This document shows, piece by piece, positions 18,657 through 26,714 of a stretch of 64,000 bases of DNA; within the stretch, counting starts at the first letter, position 1; each line of letters starts with the position of its first letter. The notes beneath the pieces were generated by a model. That model saw only the letters and a program-made list of their open reading frames with translations. It was not told the DNA's origin and made no database searches. A program made the translations under genes and the position numbers. Source of the stretch: an uncultured delta proteobacterium (GTDB lineage: Bacteria > Desulfobacterota > Desulfuromonadia > Desulfuromonadales > CAWANI01); contig CAWANI010000015.1 of the NCBI GenBank assembly GCA_963783365.1, positions 10,951-74,950 of the forward strand. The letters run 5' to 3'.

Positions 18657-20036
18657 ATGAATCGCAAAGCTCTCGAAATATTCCGGCGACTGAAAGAACA
18701 AGGCCTCTCCGTCGAGCAGGAGGAAAGGTTTCTCGCTGAATTGCGACGCGAGGAAAACCGGGCGTCCGAACTGGAACAAGCCCTCGCAGAGCCCCCAACG
18801 CCACCGTATGATGGCCTCTACGCCTGGAGCGACTTCGCTTTGCTCCAGGCCATGCCGCAGCCCCAGAGCTCGCACACCGCCAACATCCGGTCGCTCGAAG
18901 AGCTGCTCGAACGCGACCGGCAACGGGAAAAAGACGGCTTTCCCAGGAAGATCCGGGTGGGGCGGCTGATCAAGCCAGGGAAGGGCGGCAAGGAAAAAAT
19001 CGTCGTCGTTCCCACCACGGTGGAGGAAAAATTCATTCACGACCGCATCCGGATCGCCGAGGAAGGGGGCGAGGGCTCCGGGGGGGCCGGCGACGGGGAG
19101 GAAGGGGAGGTCATCGGCGAGCAGCCGGTGCGCGAACCGGGGGAGAGCGGCGAAGGCCAGGCCGGCCAGGGACAGGGCGAGTCTCACGAGATGGAATCGA
19201 GCGCCTATGATCTGGGAAAAATTCTCACCGAGAAGTTCGAGCTTCCCAACCTCAAGGACAAGGGGAAAAAGTCCTCCCTGACCCGCTACACCTACGATCT
19301 GACCGATAAAAACCGCGGCTTCGGCCAGCTTCTCGACAAAAAGGCCACCCTGCGCAAGATACTGGAAACCAACATGGCACTCGGCCATGTGCCCGATGTG
19401 ACCCACATCGATCCGACGCGTTTTTTGATTGCTCCAAGGGACAAGGTTTACCGCATCCTGTCACGGGAAATGGATTACGAATCCCAGGCCATGGTCTTTT
19501 TCCTGCGGGACTATTCCGGATCGATGGTCGGCAAGGCCACCGAACTGGTGGTGTCCCAGCATGTGCTGATCTACAGCTGGCTGCTCTATCAATATGCCCG
19601 GCAGGTGGAGACCCGCTTCATTCTGCACGACACGGAAGGAAAAGAAGTTCCGGATTTTTATACCTATTACAATTCCAGGGTCGCCGGGGGGACCCAGGTC
19701 GCCTCGGCCTACCGGATGGTCAACGAGATCGTGGAAAAAGAAGGCCTGGCGCGCGATTACAATATCTATGTGTTCCACGGCACCGACGGTGACGATTGGG
19801 ATTCCGAAGGGAAGGAGTCGATCCCGGAGCTGAAGAAGATGCTGACCTACGCCAACCGGGTCGGGGTCACCATCGCCGAACACCCCTACGGCTCCGGCAA
19901 TCAGACCGAAGTGGAGAGGTATCTGAAAAGTTCGGGGCTGCTCGAAAGCCACACGAATCTCTGCCGGCTCGACGTCATGGGGGAAGATGCGGACGAACCG
20001 CGGCTGATTCAAGGGATCCGGAATCTGATTTCGTAG
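18657..20036 (+). CDS. yeaH: YeaH/YhbH-family protein (DUF444, vWA-like)
   Basis: Track ORF 18627..20036 has an acidic Gly/Glu-rich linker, then FLRDYSGSM (MIDAS-like DxSxS) and VFHGTDGDDWD, typical of DUF444. ATG 18657. Confidence 0.85.
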   Translation: MNRKALEIFRRLKEQGLSVEQEERFLAELRREENRASELEQALAEPPTPPYDGLYAWSDFALLQAMPQPQSSHTANIRSLEELLERDRQREKDGFPRKIRVGRLIKPGKGGKEKIVVVPTTVEEKFIHDRIRIAEEGGEGSGGAGDGEEGEVIGEQPVREPGESGEGQAGQGQGESHEMESSAYDLGKILTEKFELPNLKDKGKKSSLTRYTYDLTDKNRGFGQLLDKKATLRKILETNMALGHVPDVTHIDPTRFLIAPRDKVYRILSREMDYESQAMVFFLRDYSGSMVGKATELVVSQHVLIYSWLLYQYARQVETRFILHDTEGKEVPDFYTYYNSRVAGGTQVASAYRMVNEIVEKEGLARDYNIYVFHGTDGDDWDSEGKESIPELKKMLTYANRVGVTIAEHPYGSGNQTEVERYLKSSGLLESHTNLCRLDVMGEDADEPRLIQGIRNLIS

Positions 20037-20083
20037 GGGGGACCCCTTGTGGGCGCCCACGGGCGATGACAAGCAACGCCCTA
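20032..20083. repeat. REP-like element GTAGGG...(GTGGGCGCCCAC)...CCCTAC
   Basis: Outer arms at 20032-20037 and 20078-20083 with the inner perfect palindrome GTGGGCGCCCAC. It lies between yeaH and spoVR. Confidence 0.6.
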
Positions 20084-20098
20084 CAACGGGAAAACGCT

Positions 20099-21739
20099 AT
20101 GGAACTCATCGATCAACACACCAAGCAAATCATGGAAGGGTGCAAGGCGCGGGCCCGGGAGGCCGGTCTGCGGTTTCAGGAGGAGACCCTGGAATATATC
20201 GTCACCAACCGGGATCTTTTGGAACTCTCTCCCAAACTCATGATTCCCACCCTCTACGATTATTGGGTCCACGATGTCGAGGTGATGAAAGAAAAGGGCC
20301 GCTACGAGCTCTATCCGGGCAACCCCTACGAAACGGTCATCAACACCCGTCCGGCGATCTCCTTTTACAACGATAACAATCCGGACTGGCTCAACGTGAT
20401 GATCTTTTATCATGTACTGGCCCATATCGATTTTTTCCAGAACAACCTGTTTTTCCGCCATACCTGGGATTACGACTTGACCGGCCAGGCCCTTTCGGAC
20501 AAGCGGCTGATCGCCCGGCTGCGATCGGAAAAGGGGCGCTGGGTCGACTATGTCATCGAATTCGGCCGGGGTATCGACAACCTGGTGGGATATTTCGACG
20601 AACTGTCCCGCATGAACCGCACCGTCGCCGCACCCCAGTCGAAACGGATCGACTTTTATTTCGACGTCTTTCTCCAGTCGCTCAAAAAGGTGAAGGTTCA
20701 CGAATACATAGGGGAAATCGAACGGTACAACGCCTGCCGGCGGGACAACGGAGAGCTGGGCGAGCAGGAATTTTTTGCCGGCGTGGCGCGCAAGTACCCC
20801 GAGTTCGAGGCGATCTACGAGAAGAGCCGGGGGAAGAAGAGCCACCGGAAGATGGACCTGATGGAATTTCTGCTGGACAACTCGGAATTTTTGGCGAAGG
20901 ACGAGAACAAATGGATGCAGTCGGTCCTGCAGGTCATTCGAAAAACGTCCATCTATTTTCAGCCCCAGATCCGGACCAAGATCATGAACGAGGGGTGGGC
21001 CAGTTACTGGCATGAAAAGCTTTTTCTCGAAGATGAGCGCATTCGCGGCAACGAGGTGAGTTTTGCCCGGGTTCACGCCCAGGTGACCAGCCTGCCCCGG
21101 GTGGGACTCAACCCCTATGCACTGGGAATGCGCCTTTTTACCGACATTGAAGAAAAAGCGGAGAAGGGGAAGCTCAGCGCCGAATTCGACCGCCTTCAGG
21201 GTGCCGAGGCCCGAAACCGCTACGACGCCGCCACCGGGCGCGGACGGGAGACGATTTTCAAGGTCCGGGAAAACTTCTGCGATTTCACCTTCATCAACAC
21301 CTTCGTCGACCAGGATTTTGTCGACCGAAACAATCTGTTCGTGGCCGACCGGCGCCTGAACCGCTCCCGGATGGTCTGGGAATATTTCGTCAAGAGCCGC
21401 AAGGCGGCGGATTATCGATCTATGCTGCAAGGCACCTTGTATCACCCGCCGCACATTACCGTTGATCCCGAGAAGGGCGGCGCGGATGGCGCCCTTTACC
21501 TCGTCCACCTTTTCGAGGGGAAACCGCTGGTGCAGGATTTTATCCGCAACACCATGATCGGCCTCGAATACCTGTGGGGAAAGCCGGTTTCGCTGGAGAC
21601 CAGCGAGGCGGTGGCCAAGGCACCGCCGCGGCGATCTACGACTGGGCTGGGCGGGGGGGACGATCAGCCCCCCCCCGTGGAATGGAAAAGGGTGCTTTAT
21701 ACCATGGACAATCGAAAACTTTCCAAAACCGCCCTTTGA
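20099..21739 (+). CDS. spoVR: SpoVR-family protein (YcgB homolog)
   Basis: Within track ORF 19796..21739. MELIDQHTKQIMEGCKARAREAGL... and NDNNPDWLNVMIFYHVLAHIDFFQNN are SpoVR-like. The start is ATG 20099 (alternative 20066). Confidence 0.85.
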   Translation: MELIDQHTKQIMEGCKARAREAGLRFQEETLEYIVTNRDLLELSPKLMIPTLYDYWVHDVEVMKEKGRYELYPGNPYETVINTRPAISFYNDNNPDWLNVMIFYHVLAHIDFFQNNLFFRHTWDYDLTGQALSDKRLIARLRSEKGRWVDYVIEFGRGIDNLVGYFDELSRMNRTVAAPQSKRIDFYFDVFLQSLKKVKVHEYIGEIERYNACRRDNGELGEQEFFAGVARKYPEFEAIYEKSRGKKSHRKMDLMEFLLDNSEFLAKDENKWMQSVLQVIRKTSIYFQPQIRTKIMNEGWASYWHEKLFLEDERIRGNEVSFARVHAQVTSLPRVGLNPYALGMRLFTDIEEKAEKGKLSAEFDRLQGAEARNRYDAATGRGRETIFKVRENFCDFTFINTFVDQDFVDRNNLFVADRRLNRSRMVWEYFVKSRKAADYRSMLQGTLYHPPHITVDPEKGGADGALYLVHLFEGKPLVQDFIRNTMIGLEYLWGKPVSLETSEAVAKAPPRRSTTGLGGGDDQPPPVEWKRVLYTMDNRKLSKTAL

Positions 21740-21769
21740 GGCTACTTCCATTTGCGCTGAAGGGAACCG

Positions 21770-24073
21770 GTGAAAGACGCTATGAACTCGATCGACCAAG
21801 CGTTACGACATATGAATCACACCATGGGGGATTGGGGGCAGCATGCGCCGATCTCCTTCGAGGAATTTCTCCAGGAACTTCTTTCCCAACCCTTCGGGGT
21901 TCTTCGCAATATCTTTCAGGTGTTCCACGATCTGATCAAGAGTCATATCTCGGAAGGGTACGACGAATATCCCGACGATCCGGAGTCCATCCATTATCTG
22001 AACTACGACTGCAGCCGGCTTTTCGTGGATGGCTCCGATCAGCCCTTCTTTGCCGACCGCCTTTTCGCCAACCGCCTGGTCAACCTGGTGAAAGCGCTCA
22101 AACGCGGTACCCAGCAGAACAAAATCTACCTCTTCGAGGGACCCCATGGCAGCGGCAAGAGCACCTTTCTCAACAACCTGCTGATGCGCTTCGAGCAGTA
22201 CGCCAATACCGAAGAGGGGCGTCTTTTCGAGACGGTCTGGATGCTGGACCGCAAGACCCTCGGCAGCTTTACCAAGACCGAGGCCAATCAGTTTCTCGAT
22301 CGGCTCACGGTGCTGCTCGATGAATTCGAATTCAGCCAGAACGATCTCGAGGAGGCGAAAAAATCGCTCCTTTCCGCCGACGAGTTTATCGAGATTCCCT
22401 GCCCCAGCCACGACAATCCGATTCTGATGGTTCCCAAGAATTACCGGCGGGCCTTTTTCGATGATTTGCTCAAAGACGGCGCGGCCAAAGAGAAGCTGTT
22501 CACCGACAAGGAATTCGAATGGGTATTTCGCAGCAGCCCCTGCACGATCTGCAGCTCTCTCTACCAGGCCCTGCAGAGCCGGCTGAAAGATCCGCTGGAA
22601 GTATTTCGCATGCTCTATGCCCGTCCCTACCAGTTCAACCGGCGTCTCGGCGAGGGGATTACCGTGTTCAATCCGGGAGACAAGCCCCTGAAGGTGAACA
22701 CTCTGACCAATCCCAAACTGCAGAGCCGGATCAACGAAATTCTGCAGGACAGCAACCAGGTGAAATACGTCTTTTCCCAGTACGCCAAGACCAACAACGG
22801 CATTTATGCCCTGATGGACATCAAGTCCCACAACACCGACCGCTTTATCGAGCTCCACAATATCATCAGCGAGGGAGTTCATAAGGTGGATGACGTGGAG
22901 GAGAACGTCAATTCCCTCTTTCTGGCCTTGATCAATCCCGAGGACAAGGTCAATATCCAGGGGTTTCAGTCCTTCTCGGACCGGATCGAATATATAAAAA
23001 TCCCCTATGTCCTCGATATCAATACCGAGGTGGCGATTTATCGCAATGTGTTCGGCAGTCAGATCGACGGGAGTTTTCTTCCCCGAGTGCTCCACAATTT
23101 CGCGCGGATTATTATCGCCTCCCGTCTGAACACCCGCTCCGAGGCGATGCTGGAATGGATCGGCGACCCGGAGAAATACCGGCTCTACTGCGACGAAAAC
23201 CTGCAGTTGCTCAAGATGGAGATCTATACCGGCTACATCCCCAAGTGGCTCTCCGAAGAGGATGTGAAGCGGCTGACGGCCAAGCGGCGGCGCAAAATTA
23301 TCGCCGAGTCGGAGACCGAGGGCGATAAGGGGTTCTCCGGGCGGGACGCGTTGAAGATTTTCAACGATTTCTATTCGACCTTCAACCGGAAGGACAAGCT
23401 GATCAACATGTCCATCCTGCGCAATTACTTTACCAAAATGCATCGGGACCTGAACGAAATGCTTCCGCGGGGCGTCCTCGATTCCTTGTTGCGGATGTAC
23501 AATTACACGGTGCTACAGGAGGTGAAGGAGTCGCTGTACTATTACAACGAAGAGCAGATTTCCCGGGATATCCAGAATTACCTGTTTGCGGTGAATTTCG
23601 AGACGGGGACCGTGGAAACATGCAAATTCACGGGAGAAAAACTGGAGATTACGGAAAGTCTCTTCGAGACGTTCGAAGATCGCGTTCTGGGAGCGGAGAA
23701 CGACCGTGCCAAGCGGTTGGCGTTTCGCCGTCAGGTGCAGCGGGAATATACGTCCAGAACCCTCACTCAGGAAATCATGTTCCAGGGCAAACCGGTCACT
23801 GAAACCGAGCTGTACCAATCCCTGTATGATCGCTACAGCTACAACCTCAAAGAAAAGGTGCTCGATCCGTTTCTCGAGAATGAAAACTTTCGTAGTGCCA
23901 TCAAAGACTTCGATAAAATGGAATTCAAGACCTACGACCAACGCATCCGGGACGATGTCACCTTCCTGATGAACAACCTGCGCGAAAAGCACGGCTATAC
24001 CAAAAACGGCGCGAAAGAGGTCTGCATGTACGTGATCGACAACCGCCTCGCCGCACAATTCGCCGAGGCTTAG
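21770..24073 (+). CDS. second, divergent PrkA-family P-loop ATPase
   Basis: 767 aa with Walker A FEGPHGSGKST. The downstream region SDRIEYIKIPYVLDINTEVAIYRNVF parallels the conserved PrkA core (compare DRCRICYVSHNTNYRMQEAL in the first copy). The start is GTG 21770 or ATG 21782. Confidence 0.75.
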   Translation: MKDAMNSIDQALRHMNHTMGDWGQHAPISFEEFLQELLSQPFGVLRNIFQVFHDLIKSHISEGYDEYPDDPESIHYLNYDCSRLFVDGSDQPFFADRLFANRLVNLVKALKRGTQQNKIYLFEGPHGSGKSTFLNNLLMRFEQYANTEEGRLFETVWMLDRKTLGSFTKTEANQFLDRLTVLLDEFEFSQNDLEEAKKSLLSADEFIEIPCPSHDNPILMVPKNYRRAFFDDLLKDGAAKEKLFTDKEFEWVFRSSPCTICSSLYQALQSRLKDPLEVFRMLYARPYQFNRRLGEGITVFNPGDKPLKVNTLTNPKLQSRINEILQDSNQVKYVFSQYAKTNNGIYALMDIKSHNTDRFIELHNIISEGVHKVDDVEENVNSLFLALINPEDKVNIQGFQSFSDRIEYIKIPYVLDINTEVAIYRNVFGSQIDGSFLPRVLHNFARIIIASRLNTRSEAMLEWIGDPEKYRLYCDENLQLLKMEIYTGYIPKWLSEEDVKRLTAKRRRKIIAESETEGDKGFSGRDALKIFNDFYSTFNRKDKLINMSILRNYFTKMHRDLNEMLPRGVLDSLLRMYNYTVLQEVKESLYYYNEEQISRDIQNYLFAVNFETGTVETCKFTGEKLEITESLFETFEDRVLGAENDRAKRLAFRRQVQREYTSRTLTQEIMFQGKPVTETELYQSLYDRYSYNLKEKVLDPFLENENFRSAIKDFDKMEFKTYDQRIRDDVTFLMNNLREKHGYTKNGAKEVCMYVIDNRLAAQFAEA

Positions 24074-24737
24074 CCGACGGCAGCGACTTTTTCGCCGATG
24101 CCGGCCTGTGGTTCGGGGCTTGAGCAGAGGGGCTTTCAGCCTGCTTGATATACGGGGAGGGGTTTTCGAGAAGACGGACCAATTGGAGGACGAGGCGATA
24201 GGTGATTCCCCAGAGAACGGGCTGCCCCGGTTCGAGAAGTCGGATGGCCGGACGGCGCATCGGTTCGCCGCGAAAATGAACGGTCGCTTCGATGTGCCGG
24301 CTTGGGTCGAGCAGCTTCTGCAGGGGAAACCAGAACGCCTCGGAGACTTCTTCGCTGAATCTGACCGGGGCCGGCCGGTACAAGCCGTAGACGAAGCAGG
24401 AGATCACGATCGGTTGATGGGCGCCGGAGATATCGTCCAGGCGCCCCAGAAGACGGGCCGTCTCCAGTTTGAGACCTACTTCCTCGTGGGTTTCCCTTTC
24501 GGCCGCAGCCCGGGGGGTTCGGTCGACGGGTTCCACCTTCCCGCCCGGGAAGCCAAGATCGCCCGACCAGGGATCGCCATCACGGCGGGCCCGCTTGATG
24601 AAAAGCATCTCCGGCTGTGAGGGCAACCCCCGCAGGATCATCGCCACTGCGGCATGTCTGCGCTCCTCCAGGGAAAGGACCGTCGGCTGGTGTTCGCTCA
24701 GGGTCTGTTCAATGTCGGCGGCGGGGAAATCCATCAA
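23958..24737 (-). CDS. Nudix hydrolase (CoA pyrophosphatase-like); the 3' end is doubtful
   Basis: Nudix box GGKVEPVDRTPRAAAERETHEEVGL. The last ~60 codons are low-complexity and basic and overlap the convergent prkA2 gene by 116 nt. An alternative frame stops at about 24136. Confidence 0.7.
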   Translation of the reverse strand: MMDFPAADIEQTLSEHQPTVLSLEERRHAAVAMILRGLPSQPEMLFIKRARRDGDPWSGDLGFPGGKVEPVDRTPRAAAERETHEEVGLKLETARLLGRLDDISGAHQPIVISCFVYGLYRPAPVRFSEEVSEAFWFPLQKLLDPSRHIEATVHFRGEPMRRPAIRLLEPGQPVLWGITYRLVLQLVRLLENPSPYIKQAESPSAQAPNHRPASAKKSLPSAKPRRIVRRGGCRSRTCRPLSRRFWYSRAFRAGCSSGR

Positions 24738-25011
24738 TCGGCAAGTCCTTCAGAGTCCATCGGTTTTTGAGGGAGTTTTTAACGCGGGGCCTTTTCCGCA
24801 CATGGTCAAAGCATTCCTCGGCTACAGGTTCGGGAAGAAGGCGGGTTCGATACCTTTATCATCGGTCAAAAGGGGATGAAAGGCAACCCGTCGTCCTGTA
24901 GAGTCGGTTGGCGGTGCGAGACTTTTTTCGTACAACGTTCTTTTGTCAGGGCCGGACCCCGATTTTTCCCTCACCCGCTCGCGGGTCGTGCGGTTTGGAG
25001 GTCTTACGGAA

Positions 25012-25701
25012 ATGCAGATAATTCAAGGACCCCAGCGGGATGACCTTGCTCCTTGCCCCTATCTGCCGCAACAGCAGAAGCAATATGAGTTTTTCTTTGC
25101 CCACAGCATCGACGGCCGCGAATTGTCCGAGCTTCTGGCCACGGGATGGCGTAAGTTCGGCCTCTACTATTTTCGTCCGGCTTGCCCCGGTTGTCGGCGC
25201 TGCATTCCGCTACGGGTCCGAACGCAGGAATTTTGCCTCTCCCGCAGTCAGCGACGCATTGCAAAGAAAAATTCCGAACTGCGGGTCGTTTTCGGTCCTC
25301 TGCGGTTTTCCGAGCGGGTTTTTGAAATTTACCTGGAGCATTCCCGGGTCCGGTTTTCTCTGGATGTCGATCGGGAAGATTTTATCTGTAATTTTTTCCT
25401 TCCTTCCTGCCCCAGCCTGCAGGCCGAATACTTCCTCGGCGAGGAGCTGGTCGCCGTCGGCTTTCTGGATCGGGGCAAGGATTGTCTGAGCAGTGTCTAT
25501 TTCTGCTTCGATCCCCGCTATTCGGAACGCAACCTGGGCACCTACAGCGTCATTCGGGAGATCGACTGCGCCCGGAGCAGAGGGCTTCCCTATTACTACC
25601 TGGGGTATTACGTGCCCGGGTGCGGCCGTATGGCGTACAAGGATCATTTCCGCCCCCGGGAGCATTTCGACTGGAAAGAGGGGGGCTGGGAGGGGATTTG
25701 A
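25012..25701 (+). CDS. bpt: arginyl/leucyl-tRNA--protein transferase of the N-degron pathway (Bpt/ATE family)
   Basis: Track ORF 24943..25701 has the N-terminal CPYLP...ELLATGWRKFGLYYFRPACPGCRRC and the C-terminal YYYLGYYVPGCGRMAYK. ATG 25012 follows GGAGG. Confidence 0.85.
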   Translation: MQIIQGPQRDDLAPCPYLPQQQKQYEFFFAHSIDGRELSELLATGWRKFGLYYFRPACPGCRRCIPLRVRTQEFCLSRSQRRIAKKNSELRVVFGPLRFSERVFEIYLEHSRVRFSLDVDREDFICNFFLPSCPSLQAEYFLGEELVAVGFLDRGKDCLSSVYFCFDPRYSERNLGTYSVIREIDCARSRGLPYYYLGYYVPGCGRMAYKDHFRPREHFDWKEGGWEGI

Positions 25702-25713
25702 GAAGACGGCCGT

Positions 25714-26709
25714 TCAGCAACCCGATACTGCGGCGCGGCCCGCAGCAACCACGGCAATGACTTGCGGCACCAGGCGCTGCAGAACAGAAGTCGCGTAGCC
25801 ACCTTCCAGAAAGAGGCCGATCCTTCCCGAACAATGGTCGGCGGCCACCTTTTCGAGACAGCGGACCGCTTCCAGAAAATGGATGTCCTCGACCGCCATG
25901 GCCCCGAAAGGGTCGTCCCGGTGCGCATCGAAGCCCGCACCGACCAGCAGGTAGTCAGGACGGATCATTTTTTCGAAATCGGTCAGATTTACTTTGAACT
26001 GGCGCAACCAGTCGTCGCCCGAACTGTCCAGGGGCAGGGTGATGTTGCGCGAGTACCCCTTTCCCTCCCCCCGGCCCGTTTCGTGTTTGTAGCCCGTGTT
26101 GGGGAAGATGTGCTCGGGCTCCCCATGCAGGGAGTAGTAGAAGACCCGCGGATCGTCGTCGTAGAGGTAATCGATGCCGTTGCCGTGGTGAACGTCGAAA
26201 TCGACGACCAGAAAGGTTGCCGTCGGCTCCTTTTGCCGGATGGTTTCGATCGCCAGGGCGATATGGTTGATGAAGCAGAACCCCTCGGCGACCTTTCTTC
26301 CCGCGTGGTGCCCCGGTGGCCGGGTCAGGGCGAAACCGGCGCCCCTGTCCAGCAGGGTCGCGGCCAGTGCCAGGGCGCATCCTCCGGCGGCAAGCGCGGC
26401 GCGGAAGGTGTGCGGGCCGATGTGGTTGTCGGGCGACATGAAGTAGGGCCGACCCCTGCGGCAGCAACTCTCCAGCAGGTGCAGGTAACCGCGGTCGTGT
26501 ACCCGTTCCAGCTGGTCCATGCGTGCCGGCGCCGGAATCCGGAAGGAGACGGGGAGGTGCGCGGGCAGTTGATTGCAGCCCAGGAGGATGGCGTCAAGAC
26601 GCGCCGGCGTTTCCGGATGCCCCTCGCCCACCTCGTGCAGGCGGCAGTCGGGATGGTAAAAAACCTGCAGGGAGTCTTTTCGGTACGGAAACCTCTTGTC
26701 CAGCTCCAT
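25714..26709 (-). CDS. histone deacetylase-family (arginase fold) deacetylase, AcuC/Aph-like
   Basis: 331 aa with RPPGHHA, the zinc ligands in DFDVHHGNG, and the GG(Y) end motif LEGGY. Confidence 0.85.
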   Translation of the reverse strand: MELDKRFPYRKDSLQVFYHPDCRLHEVGEGHPETPARLDAILLGCNQLPAHLPVSFRIPAPARMDQLERVHDRGYLHLLESCCRRGRPYFMSPDNHIGPHTFRAALAAGGCALALAATLLDRGAGFALTRPPGHHAGRKVAEGFCFINHIALAIETIRQKEPTATFLVVDFDVHHGNGIDYLYDDDPRVFYYSLHGEPEHIFPNTGYKHETGRGEGKGYSRNITLPLDSSGDDWLRQFKVNLTDFEKMIRPDYLLVGAGFDAHRDDPFGAMAVEDIHFLEAVRCLEKVAADHCSGRIGLFLEGGYATSVLQRLVPQVIAVVAAGRAAVSGC

Positions 26710-26714
26710 GGCCG

